Positions 1-9,800 of a stretch of DNA of 64,000 nucleotides are shown here, piece after piece. Every line of letters starts with the position of its first letter. The first letter of the stretch is position 1. The position numbers and the translations under genes are program-made. Source of the DNA: Ignavibacteriota bacterium (GTDB lineage Bacteria > Bacteroidota > Ignavibacteria > UBA10030 > UBA6906); assembly GCA_963801355.1 (NCBI GenBank), contig CAWDEM010000008.1:2848001-2912000 (forward strand), in the 5' to 3' direction. The notes below the pieces were generated by a model. That model was not told the origin of the DNA. It did not search any database and worked only from the letters and a program-made list of their open reading frames with translations.

Positions 1-2034
1 GTTCGTCCAGTCCGCTTTGATGGTCACAATCCCCGACGAGCGCAGTTTCTCCTGCACGCGCCGGTCCGCAATGATGGTCCTCTCGTTCACCTTGCACGTC
101 AGGCACCATTCCGCGGTGAAGTCAAGAAAGACCGGGCTTCCCTTCTGGAGCCGGGATTCGAGCAGGGGCAGGGAAAACGTTTCCCATGCCACCTCGTCGG
201 AAGCGGCGGCACCGGTGGAAGATGTCGCGGCCGGCGTTCCCGTGATGGCAGCGCGAGCATCCAGGAGGGCCCCGATGAAAAGGTAATACCCCGACACGAC
301 GAGAACCGCGGCCACAACCCACGTAGTCCAGACGGCTGCCCGGGAGGCAGTCAATGTCGCAAATCGCCCGATGAGCCAGCATGCAAGGCCGATGACGAGC
401 AGGAAAGCGCCGGTCCAGATGACTCCCTCCATCCCGAGTTGTTTCCCGAGGATATACAGAAGCCAGAGGAGCGTCGCCATCATCAGAAAACCCATGAACT
501 GTTTTGCGGTCTCCATCCAGGCGCCGGGTTTCGGCAGAAAGCGCTGCCATGCCGGACGGGCTGTAAGCAGGAGATACGGGAGGGCCATGCCAAACGCAAC
601 TGCGGCAAAGATCAACAGGATGATTCCTGTGGGTTGGACAAATGCAAACCCGAGGGCGGATCCCAGGAATGGTGCCGTGCATGGCGTTGCCAGAATTGTG
701 GCAAATACTCCCTCCGCAAATGAGGAGGCATACCCTTTGCCTTTGTCCTGCTCCTGCTGAGCGATCACCGAACTGACGCCGGCAACAGCAGCCCCGGGAA
801 GCCTGATCTCGAAAACACCGAAGAGACTCAACCCGAACGCAAAGACCAGGGCACTCATGGCGATGACAAATACGGGTTCCTGGAATTGGAAGCCCCAGCC
901 CACCTGCTGACCCGCCACTTTGAGCATGATGACCAGAAGCGCCAGGGTTAGGAACGATGCCAGTATCCCCAGGGAGAACATCCAGCCCAGCCGCCGCACT
1001 TTCTTCGGTGCGTCGCCCGCCATCTTCACGAGACCGAATACCTTGAGTGCGATGACCGGGAGAACGCAGGGCATAATATTGAGGAGGAGGCCGCCCAGAA
1101 TTGCAAACCCGATGTACACGATCAACGGAACATCTCCCCCTTGCGATTGGACGGTGACGAATTCCCTGTCCAGAGGGGATGCAGAACGGGCTTCAGTATA
1201 GGCGATCTCCAGCCCTTTGCGCACTCCATCGGCGGTCCGGTAGACAACCACGCCGCGGATCTCCCGGGGGGATTCTGTTCCCCCCGGTGCCAGCGGAACA
1301 TGGATTACCGCCTCGTTGGCTGACACGACAGTGATTGTGCGACCGTTGACCGGCACAGTATCAGACGAAGGAAAGAAGTCGGGCACATCAGGGCCCTCGA
1401 GGGTGAGCGGCACACCGGGCACCGGTGTCACCTTCACGCGTAACGTATCCGCCGCCGTTGTCATAGCGACGGCGATATCGCCTGTTTCTTCCGGAGGCCG
1501 TGGGAGTGCATTGCGGTAGTGTTCAATGTGTGCTGCCCCCGGTGAAGGAGCCGGACGCTTACCGAGCGGGAGGCTCAGTGACACCGCGGCACTCCCGGGG
1601 ACGCAGGTATTCTCGCACTCGAGCCACGAGATTTCAGCCTGGATGTTCACCGCTCCACGGGGAGGCAGTGCAGCGGGGAGCTGCATCGTTGCGAGCAACA
1701 TAGTCTCCGTGGAGTATCCGTAGGTCAGCACCTGGCCCGCTTCGATCTTCTTTTCAGGCAAAGGCCACTGGAGCCCGGAGACGACAGTACCTTCGGGGAC
1801 CGTCCAGCGAACCGTGGTTGCAAGTCCGCTCTCACCGGGATTTTTCCAGTACGTATGCCAGCCGGAATCCATGCGGAGGAGAACACCGATGGTAAAGGGC
1901 GATCCCGGCGTTGCCGTAGCAACATCGGCCACGAGGCGTGCGTGGGTGTGGTTGGATGCGGTGACGGCACAGGAGAGAAGCGGCGGAAAGAGCACCGCGG
2001 AGACAATGAAGGCGGGAAGGACAAGGTTCAGCAC
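1..2034 (-). CDS. dsbD: Protein-disulfide reductase DsbD family (N-terminal domain, TM domain, thioredoxin domain); runs off the window edge
   Basis: Absent from the ORF track because no stop lies in the window. Manual translation from GTG 2034 gives WHTYWKNPGESG, TM cysteines NIMPCVLP and LATPCTAP, and thioredoxin FLDFTAEWCLTCK...IKADWTN. GAGGT lies upstream. Exact start uncertain. Confidence 0.9.
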   Translation of the reverse strand, partial: MLNLVLPAFIVSAVLFPPLLSCAVTASNHTHARLVADVATATPGSPFTIGVLLRMDSGWHTYWKNPGESGLATTVRWTVPEGTVVSGLQWPLPEKKIEAGQVLTYGYSTETMLLATMQLPAALPPRGAVNIQAEISWLECENTCVPGSAAVSLSLPLGKRPAPSPGAAHIEHYRNALPRPPEETGDIAVAMTTAADTLRVKVTPVPGVPLTLEGPDVPDFFPSSDTVPVNGRTITVVSANEAVIHVPLAPGGTESPREIRGVVVYRTADGVRKGLEIAYTEARSASPLDREFVTVQSQGGDVPLIVYIGFAILGGLLLNIMPCVLPVIALKVFGLVKMAGDAPKKVRRLGWMFSLGILASFLTLALLVIMLKVAGQQVGWGFQFQEPVFVIAMSALVFAFGLSLFGVFEIRLPGAAVAGVSSVIAQQEQDKGKGYASSFAEGVFATILATPCTAPFLGSALGFAFVQPTGIILLIFAAVAFGMALPYLLLTARPAWQRFLPKPGAWMETAKQFMGFLMMATLLWLLYILGKQLGMEGVIWTGAFLLVIGLACWLIGRFATLTASRAAVWTTWVVAAVLVVSGYYLFIGALLDARAAITGTPAATSSTGAAASDEVAWETFSLPLLESRLQKGSPVFLDFTAEWCLTCKVNERTIIADRRVQEKLRSSGIVTIKADWTN

Positions 2035-2061
2035 GGATCGCCCGATACCTCGCAGGGCCGC

Positions 2062-2250
2062 TCATGGGTGATCCCCGTCCTGTTCCTCCTTCTTCTTGTC
2101 TTTATCGGGGTCGGGCGGATGAAGAAAATTCGCCTTCCAGCGTTTTCGCGTAAGCAGCACAAAGAAAATGAAGATGAGGAGACCTATGCCCCCGATGAGC
2201 AACAGATTCCACCCCACGAATGATACAGCGTCCGTTTCCGGGCCGATCAT
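2062..2250 (-). CDS. Small single-pass membrane protein (62 aa), unknown function
   Basis: One hydrophobic helix followed by a basic/acidic tail; GGAG RBS and its own promoter upstream. Confidence 0.65.
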   Translation of the reverse strand: MIGPETDAVSFVGWNLLLIGGIGLLIFIFFVLLTRKRWKANFLHPPDPDKDKKKEEQDGDHP

Positions 2251-2289
2251 GGCAGTTCTCCGTAGTAATGCGCAGCTGGATTCCAGTGG

Positions 2290-2318
2290 AATATAGAGAA
2301 TCGAGGGGGTGGAAGCAA
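2290..2318 (-). promoter_or_regulatory. Sigma70-type promoter TTGCTT-N17-TATATT for the small ORF and dsbD
   Basis: -35 at 2318-2313, -10 at 2295-2290, exact 17-nt spacer. Confidence 0.6.
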
Positions 2319-2323
2319 GGCAA

Positions 2324-2908
2324 CTACTTCTTCAGCCACTCTCCCAGCATGGTGGAGATCACGTCAGGAGAGAGCGCGGGGGAGGTGAGCATGCCGTGCA
2401 CGAGTCGTTGGCGCAGGGCTTCATACAAACAGACACCGGCGGCAACGGAGACATTCAGACTCTCGATCATGCCGCGCATCGGGATGATCGCCAGGGCATC
2501 CGCCTGCGCGGCAGCCTCATCGGACACGCCGCGGTGTTCGTTGCCGAGCACGAAGGCGGTCTTGCGCGTGAGGTCGAGGTCATACAGCATCCGCGCCGCC
2601 GGGTCCAACCGCGTCGCGTAGATGGCAAACCCCTCCTCCCGGAGACGGGCATAGCACTCCGCGACCGAGGTGTGCCGGCGATGCAGGACCCATTTGTTCG
2701 CGCTCGAGGAGCTTTTTCTTCCGATGCGCGGGAACTTCTCAATAGTATACAGCAGTTCCACCTGCAACACACCCACCGCGTCACACGTCCGCAGCACCGC
2801 GCTGACGTTGTGCGGGTCATGGATGTTTTCCAGCACCACCGTCAGATCCGGCAGGCGGCGCGTTACTGTCGCGGTAATACGGCCGATGCGGCGGGCGCTA
2901 CGGGACAT
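2324..2908 (-). CDS. trmH: TrmH/SpoU family tRNA (Gm18) 2'-O-methyltransferase
   Basis: SPOUT motifs LENIHDPHNVSAVLRTCDA, LGNEHRGVS, IPMRGMIESLNVSVA. Confidence 0.88.
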   Translation of the reverse strand: MSRSARRIGRITATVTRRLPDLTVVLENIHDPHNVSAVLRTCDAVGVLQVELLYTIEKFPRIGRKSSSSANKWVLHRRHTSVAECYARLREEGFAIYATRLDPAARMLYDLDLTRKTAFVLGNEHRGVSDEAAAQADALAIIPMRGMIESLNVSVAAGVCLYEALRQRLVHGMLTSPALSPDVISTMLGEWLKK

Positions 2909-3788
2909 GGTGTTCCTCCGGATGGAACTGCAGGACGACGATGGCCCCGATCACCACGACCGCGCCCAGCATCTGCAACGGTTGCAGGAATTCTCCAAGG
3001 AACACTGCCGCAGACGCAATAGCCACGACCGGTTCAATCGTACTGGTCAGAATCGCCCGGGACGGCGCAACCCTGCGCAAGCCGGCGAAAAACAGGGAGT
3101 GCGGAATCAGCAACGAAAAGACGGCAAGCAACACCAGCGGCAGAATAACCTCTGTGCCGGGAATCTGTGCAACGAGCTTCCAGGGCGGATTGATCACCAG
3201 CCAGAACAGCGACGCGAATCCGATGGAATACACCGTCATTGTCCAGACGTTTTGCGTGCGGAGAATATCGCGCGTGAAGACCGTCAGAAACGCAAACCCG
3301 ATGATAGATCCGATTCCCGAAAGCAGTGCCAGCGGCGTGATTTTTATCACCCCGGAATCATACCCGCCCACCGCCAGGAAACATCCCAGCAGTGAGAGAA
3401 GGGCGACGAGAATCCTGGGTACGGTGAACCGTTCCTGCCCGTTCCATACCTCATAACCGATCACCAGCAGCGGTGCGGTATACTGGATCAGGATCGCCGT
3501 CGCGACGGTACTCTCTTTGATCGTGTAGTAGTAGGTGAAATTGGTCCCGGCAACGCCGATGAATCCGAGCAGGGCGAATTTCCAGAGGTCGCTCCATGGG
3601 ACGGACAGGACATCGCGGCGGAACAGCACGGCAAAGAGGTACAGCAGCAGAAATGAGACGGTGACCCGCACCTGCACAACCAGTACGGCATCAAGATGGT
3701 AACGGAAGAGGGCCTTTGCTGCCGTGGCGGAGAGACCCCAGAGCATGGCTGCACAGAGAATCATGACGTTAGCCCGGAGGCGGGTCAT
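2898..3788 (-). CDS. EamA/DMT family transporter
   Basis: ~10 TM helices; LWG, ATAILIQYTAP and EPVVA...FLGE motifs. Confidence 0.9.
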   Translation of the reverse strand: MTRLRANVMILCAAMLWGLSATAAKALFRYHLDAVLVVQVRVTVSFLLLYLFAVLFRRDVLSVPWSDLWKFALLGFIGVAGTNFTYYYTIKESTVATAILIQYTAPLLVIGYEVWNGQERFTVPRILVALLSLLGCFLAVGGYDSGVIKITPLALLSGIGSIIGFAFLTVFTRDILRTQNVWTMTVYSIGFASLFWLVINPPWKLVAQIPGTEVILPLVLLAVFSLLIPHSLFFAGLRRVAPSRAILTSTIEPVVAIASAAVFLGEFLQPLQMLGAVVVIGAIVVLQFHPEEHHVP

Positions 3789-4345
3789 GCGGCGGGGGGG
3801 GGTTCGGCGGATGGCGGCGCGTTCGCTTCGTCGGCCTTGCGCCGGTAGTAATCACTCTGCTCGGTGTCTCCGGCGAGTTCGTACAACGCGGCCATGCGCA
3901 GATACAACGGTGCGGGATTCTCGACGTGTGCGAGACCGCACCGGACGAAATCCATCAGAATGCCGAGCGGCGGGATGTTCAGGTCGGGGTCGTAGCAATC
4001 GCACGCATCCAGATACGGGTCGGGTGCGGACGGCCGTAGCAATGCCGCCTTCTGGTAGTAGTACAGCGCAAGCTCGTAATTGTCGTCCGTTGCAGTGGTC
4101 ACCTCAAAGACGCTGGCAAGCCAGAGGTAGACGTCGAATCCGAGATCAGGAAACTCGGACGCAAGCTTTTCGCCGAACAGACGGATTTCGTCCGCGGTCA
4201 GTGACTGATTCCAGAACAGCAGACGGTAGAGCTCAACGTCGTTGATCTGCTGCGTCAGGGCAGATTGGAAAACGTCGAAGATCTCGTTGAAATCTGTGGA
4301 GGTGGAAAAAGTCTTCCGTATGTCGTCAAGGGAATAGAGGTGCAT
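3785..4345 (-). CDS. Hypothetical alpha-helical, TPR-like protein
   Basis: ALYYYQKAA and LYLRMAALYELAGD TPR-like segments; ATGA overlap with the EamA gene. Confidence 0.7.
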   Translation of the reverse strand: MHLYSLDDIRKTFSTSTDFNEIFDVFQSALTQQINDVELYRLLFWNQSLTADEIRLFGEKLASEFPDLGFDVYLWLASVFEVTTATDDNYELALYYYQKAALLRPSAPDPYLDACDCYDPDLNIPPLGILMDFVRCGLAHVENPAPLYLRMAALYELAGDTEQSDYYRRKADEANAPPSAEPPPAA

Positions 4346-4408
4346 GATGTGACGCGCCAGATGAACGTAAGAAACGGTGTTTTCAAAAGCAACCGGGCCC
4401 GGTTGCAG

Positions 4409-6886
4409 CTATTTCACAAGAGTCATCTTCCGCGTAACGATGCCGGCGCCTGAGGACAATCGATAGATGTAGACCCCGCTTGCCATCGCTCCCGCATCCC
4501 ATGTCACCGTGTAGTTGCCGGGCTCCTTCTGCTCATCGACCAGGACGGCCACCTCCCGGCCGAGAAGGTCATAGACGCAGAGCCGCACCCACCTCGTGCC
4601 AATTGCCTCGTGCCTATTGCCTATTGCCTGGTGCCTATCGTCTGTTCCCGGTACTGTGTAGCCTATCGTCGTCCCCGGATTGAACGGATTCGGATAGTTT
4701 TGCTCAAGTGACATCCGTGCGGGTCTCCCGGCGTCAGCCACACCGAGAAGCGCGGGGCCGTAAAGGACCACGCGGAGATCGTCCAAGGAGAATCCGTCGC
4801 GTTGCAGGTAACTGTCGCTCTCAAGCCTGAACCGCAGCATTGCCCGGGTTCCCAGGACGGGCGCAAGATCCATGTTCTCGCTCACCCACGTGCTTCGGGT
4901 CCGGTCGTACCCGTGCGCATCAGGCGCCTGCTTGCCGCCGCTTGCTCCCGAGCCCTGCCGTGTATGGCTCCCGGGCAGCGAAACCCAGGTGCGTCCGCTG
5001 TCGCGGGATGCCTCCACAAGGCAGAAATCATACTCGGGTTCAATGTCCCAGCGCGCCATGAATCGCAACTCGGCGGCCGTGCCGAACAGAGGAAGCAATT
5101 GCTGCAGTGAGTAGGTGCTGGAGTAATTGTTGGGGTAATCGCCCCATGGACTGTCGCCATACGCACCGGGTCCCGAGTACGCGGTGCGCGTAGTGAAACC
5201 CCACGTCGTCAACGATCCGGTACTCTGCGATTCCCACAGAGGGCTCGTGCTGTCGGCATGATCGGAAAACAGCAGCGCCGGATTGCCGAGCCGGAACGAC
5301 ACTGAGTCCTGGAAATAGCCGCCCGGGAATTCCCCCAGCACTCGTAGGGTGGTCCTGGCGCCTCCGGCCGATCTCGTGCTGCGCTGCACCACCAGCGGGA
5401 CATACGTGCTTTCCTCCAGCGCCACCTTCCGGGGCGCAGGAAGGATCACACCGGGATCGTCGCTCGTGAAGTGCAGTGTGGCCGTGGTGGATCGCGCGCC
5501 GGCCCCGGTGTTCACCAGCAGCAGATTCACCCCCGCAGTGTCGCCGTCCACAACCGGATCGGGCCCGCCGGAGGCCATTGCATAGTGTTGACCCGCACAG
5601 CGTGTCAGAAAAATGTTGGCGTCGAGGTTGGCGTCGGCCAGCGGCACAATCCTGGAAGGAACGGGCCAGAACCCGTCATCTGCGCCACCCACCTCCGGAG
5701 TCATCGCGATAATCCGCGGCTTCATCGATGTCTCGCCGTACATCCAGTCATCGGAATCGCCGTTGGTGGAGTAGCCGATCATGTCCCCGCCTGTCCCGTG
5801 CGGGTAGTAGTTGACCGCGGTGAGGAATTCCGCAATACGCGAATAGAGAACGGAATCCGGGGTGGCATCATCACTGAACCCCCAGGGATGAATCAGCACA
5901 TTGCCAAAACCGTGGTAATTGAGCGTGCAGCCCGGCTTCTTGACCGCGCACAGATCCCGTATTGCCTGCGTTTCCGGTTCGGAAAAGGGGACGGCTCCGC
6001 GGTACGAGTTGTCTGACGGCACCGGGCTCGATCCAATGTCGTCATACCCCCACTGGAAACCGTAGTTCCTATTGAGGTCGACACCGAATGAACCATCCGC
6101 ATTGGCGCGACGGTTCTTCCGCCATAATCCCCCTCCGGAAGGAAACGCGGCGGCATTCATGGCATAGCCGTCCGGGTTCACCACCGGCACAACATACACC
6201 TCGCGCGAGTTGAGCAGGGCGGTGATATCCTCGTTCACCCCATAATGCTCGAGCAGGTACCAGATAAAGTACACCAGAACCATCATTCCCTGCGGTTCAC
6301 GCGCGTGGTGAAGTGCCGTGAACAGTGCGCAGGGTATGTCGTTGCCGGCGACGGGTGCTCCGGATATCCGAACCCCCCAGAGAGTGCGTCCTTCAAGAGA
6401 ACAGCCGATGGAATCGCGCTTCCCGATCAGGTGCGGATAGCGTGCGTGCATGGTGTCAACTTCCGCTTCGAGCTCCGCAAGTGTCAGATACCCTCCCATC
6501 GACCCCAGGTGGAAATTGTGCACACGGGATGCAGGGAGCGCGGCAGGCCGGTCGGCGAGCAGCCGGGCGGCATACGCAGCATGCCAGTCCGGCACTACGA
6601 TATCCACGCCGAATCCCGCAGCGCGCACGTCGCGCAATTCAACTTCATCAAGCGTGATCTCCAACGCGGAGGAGTCGCGAAGCCGCGCCCCCTCGAGTGC
6701 GATCCCGAGTCGTGCAATGCGCTCCACATCGGCCCTGGAGGTGAGTGCAATGCGCACGGTGCTGGAGCGCGAAGGAGCATCCGCCGTCGCCATCGCGCCA
6801 CCCGTCACGACGATGCACAACAGGGCGATCATGGCTCCTGGTGAAGGAGCGTGGAGGGGGGTTGTCTTTGGAGATCCGTTTCTCAC
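4409..6886 (-). CDS. M14 zinc carboxypeptidase (carboxypeptidase T-like) with beta-sandwich domain and T9SS type A CTD
   Basis: HHARE, VNPDGY, WRKNRR, GVDLNRNY, NYH; CTD EQNYPNPFNP...SGVYIYRL...RKMTLVK. True start may be the second Met (MIALL). Confidence 0.9.
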   Translation of the reverse strand: MRNGSPKTTPLHAPSPGAMIALLCIVVTGGAMATADAPSRSSTVRIALTSRADVERIARLGIALEGARLRDSSALEITLDEVELRDVRAAGFGVDIVVPDWHAAYAARLLADRPAALPASRVHNFHLGSMGGYLTLAELEAEVDTMHARYPHLIGKRDSIGCSLEGRTLWGVRISGAPVAGNDIPCALFTALHHAREPQGMMVLVYFIWYLLEHYGVNEDITALLNSREVYVVPVVNPDGYAMNAAAFPSGGGLWRKNRRANADGSFGVDLNRNYGFQWGYDDIGSSPVPSDNSYRGAVPFSEPETQAIRDLCAVKKPGCTLNYHGFGNVLIHPWGFSDDATPDSVLYSRIAEFLTAVNYYPHGTGGDMIGYSTNGDSDDWMYGETSMKPRIIAMTPEVGGADDGFWPVPSRIVPLADANLDANIFLTRCAGQHYAMASGGPDPVVDGDTAGVNLLLVNTGAGARSTTATLHFTSDDPGVILPAPRKVALEESTYVPLVVQRSTRSAGGARTTLRVLGEFPGGYFQDSVSFRLGNPALLFSDHADSTSPLWESQSTGSLTTWGFTTRTAYSGPGAYGDSPWGDYPNNYSSTYSLQQLLPLFGTAAELRFMARWDIEPEYDFCLVEASRDSGRTWVSLPGSHTRQGSGASGGKQAPDAHGYDRTRSTWVSENMDLAPVLGTRAMLRFRLESDSYLQRDGFSLDDLRVVLYGPALLGVADAGRPARMSLEQNYPNPFNPGTTIGYTVPGTDDRHQAIGNRHEAIGTRWVRLCVYDLLGREVAVLVDEQKEPGNYTVTWDAGAMASGVYIYRLSSGAGIVTRKMTLVK
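4594..4642. repeat. Seven tandem heptamers (nnnTGCC) inside the T9SS CTD coding region
   Basis: TCGTGCC AATTGCC TCGTGCC TATTGCC TATTGCC TGGTGCC TATCGTC. Confidence 0.85.
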
Positions 6887-6889
6887 CGC

Positions 6890-9800
6890 TCACCGGAGGA
6901 GTAGCATAGTGCGAACCAGACTGACCGTACCCGATTGAAGACGGGCGATGTACAGACCGCTTGCCAGGCCCGAGGCATCGAAGCGCACACTGTAGTATCC
7001 CGCCGGCTTCTGTTCATCCACCAGCACCGCCACCTCCCGGCCGAGCAGGTCGTACACCTTTAGAATTATGAATTGTGGATCCACAATTGAGAATTGTAGG
7101 GTCGTACCCGGATTGAAGGGGTTCGGGAAATTCGGCAGGAGTGCGAAGGTGGTGGGTGGGGACATGTCCGGAGATGTGACATCCACCGCGAGGTCTCCGG
7201 TCCCGCCGAATTGATAGTAGCGTGCAGCAAACTCCTGCAGGTAGAGATTGGCGATGGCGGCGTCATGCACAATCAGCGTGTTCTCATTGTTCGAGTTTTC
7301 CGCCGCGCTCGACCAGTTGTGGGAGCCGGTGATGACCGCCGGATATGCGCCGGCCCATCCGGCATCGAGAATGGCATACTTGTGATGCAGGAGCCCTGTG
7401 CCGGACTTCAAATGCAGATCGAGGCCCCGCCCGAGGAGGTAGTCATACTCCGACCCGGTGTCATCCCGGTTGTCCATCACACCGTGGATGGTGACGCCGG
7501 CGTTCTTTCTCGCCAGCACGGCATCTGCAAGGTCGTCGCGCGTGAATGTCAGGAGGGCGAAGTTGATGGAGTGCGTCGCGGAAGAGAGTGCACCGGCAAT
7601 GTGGCTCGTGGTCATGTCGCTCGGACTGAAGTAGCATTCCACATCCCGTCCTCCGATGCGGAAGCGATGCGGGGTGTTGTTGGTCTTGCGGGCGCCGAAT
7701 CTCGAGGCTGACGGACCGGGAGTGTCCGTGCTGCTCCCCCACATTTCATCGAACTCCAGCGTGTACGCGCCGGCCAGGGCCGGATCCTGGATCTCCATGG
7801 CATTCTGGTAATCGTCATTGGTCCCGGGCAGGGTGGGATTCCATGATCCGGTCCAGACCCATACGCTTTCCGGGGCGCCTCCCCGTCCGTCAATCACCGC
7901 GAACTTGTTGTGCATCAATCCTGCACCGGCATTTGCGGCGTCAAAGGCATCGGTGATGAGCGGGATCCCCGCCGACACGAGACTGCTCAATGGTGCCGTG
8001 GAGCGGTTGTCCTGTTCACAGATCACGCGCACGCTGACCCCCCGCGCCCTGGCTGCAATGAGAGCATTTGCGATGTCAGTTCCCGGGCCGGGCGTGCCGC
8101 TCAGGCTGTAGAACGCTGCATCGATGGATCGCCGGGCGCTATTAAGCCTCCCGGCGATCAGCGTCACCAGATTCTGGCTGCCTGCAGCGGGTGGTGTCGT
8201 GACCACCGAGGGCATGACGCTTTTGTTGAAGTACACGTTGATGGCGCCCGATGCCGCAGCCGGCGATGCGGTACTGACGACGAGGTCGCCCGCACGGCTT
8301 GTGTCCACCCCGCTGACCGAATATGCCTGCACATGATACACCGTGGCGGCGGCAAGCCCGCCCACCGGAACGTTGTGCAGCGTACGGAGCACTGTGTCGG
8401 GTGCGACAATGCCGAGTTCATAGCGTGACGTCCTCCCGTAACGCAGCCCCGAGGTGCCGGACCGTGTTGTCGTCCAGGAGAGCGCGAACGATGACGGCGT
8501 GATATTCCCTTCGACCGGCATGGTGGCGATCACGGGACCCGACGAAATGATATCCGCGGTCGACCGGGGCATGATCTGGTAGCCGCCGATGTACGGAGCG
8601 GACCCGACGAATTGGCCCACGACGCCTATGATGTCACACGCAGAGGCCGGGATGACCCCGCCTACAAGATTCGTATTGTTGTCAATGCGAATCTGCGTCG
8701 AATCCGTCAGGTCATACAGGACATAGTTCGTGTTTGACCCCCAAGTGCCGCTTCCGGCGACCATGGCACCGTTGATCCTGACAAGACGGCCCTCGTAAGT
8801 CTCGACGCCGCCCGCACCATCGTCCGCAATCTGTGAAACCGTGACAACGACCGGCTCGACAGTATTCCCGGCTGACACGATTGCATGGAGAGCCGGGTTC
8901 ACAATCTCGGTCAGTCCTGAAAACGGCTGCACGAGTCCGGAAACGACTACCTCATCGCCCAGCGTCACCGCCGTCGAGAACACCGATCCATACACGGCCA
9001 TCCCCCCTGTGTTGTCCTGGATGTAGGAGGGGCCGCCAAATTCGTTTGCAACGGTGACGACACCACGCACGGTGACGAGCGTATTATTCCGCAGGGGGAC
9101 ACCGTTTGCGTCGTTCGACTTCACGAGGGAGATGGGGACCGGAATCCCGTACACAAACACTGAGGCTTGTGACGATAGTGCGAAGATGGAGTCCGGGTGC
9201 GTGCCGGTGAAGGCCTGGAATGTAAACGACGCTGTGGAGTCGGGTGGAGTGATACTCAGCAGCGTGAACTGAAGGCTGTCCATACCGGAGAGGGTGATTC
9301 CGCTCAGCATGATGGTATCACCCGAGACGGCGATGAGCGGGGAGCTTCCGCCGGCTGTAGTGATGTCAGTGGCGGAGTGCGACCAGCTCCATGACGCGGG
9401 CACCTTCACGTGTGCATTGGTGATCACGTACGGGCTTTCTCCCTGCACGGTGAATGTCAGCGCATGGGGAGTCCCGCCCGAGAGCGTCGCAGGCGAAATC
9501 CGCACCTGGCCTTTGCCAACTCCGCCAGCGGCCAGACTTGCGTCGGTCTCCTGGCCTGCGGTGATGGACCACGGGCCGGCGAACACATTGTCGCGCGAAC
9601 CGTCGTCATTCACCGTGACCAGGGAATCAATGATGCCGGCGGGAACGGCGATCTTGAATCCGCCGGCGCTGAAACCGTATCCTTCAGCAATTGCGTTGTC
9701 TTCCGTGCGGTATGTCCCGACGACGGTGCCTCCCGAGTAGGCGAGCACTCCTTTGTTCACTGCAGGTGATACCGGCCGCATGATCCATCCGCCGGCGCTC

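Noticed and set aside
2062-2064. In-frame TGA between the 62-aa ORF and dsbD as selenocysteine or readthrough
   Set aside because: Not at a conserved Cys position, no evident SECIS, and a GAGGT+GTG start exists downstream
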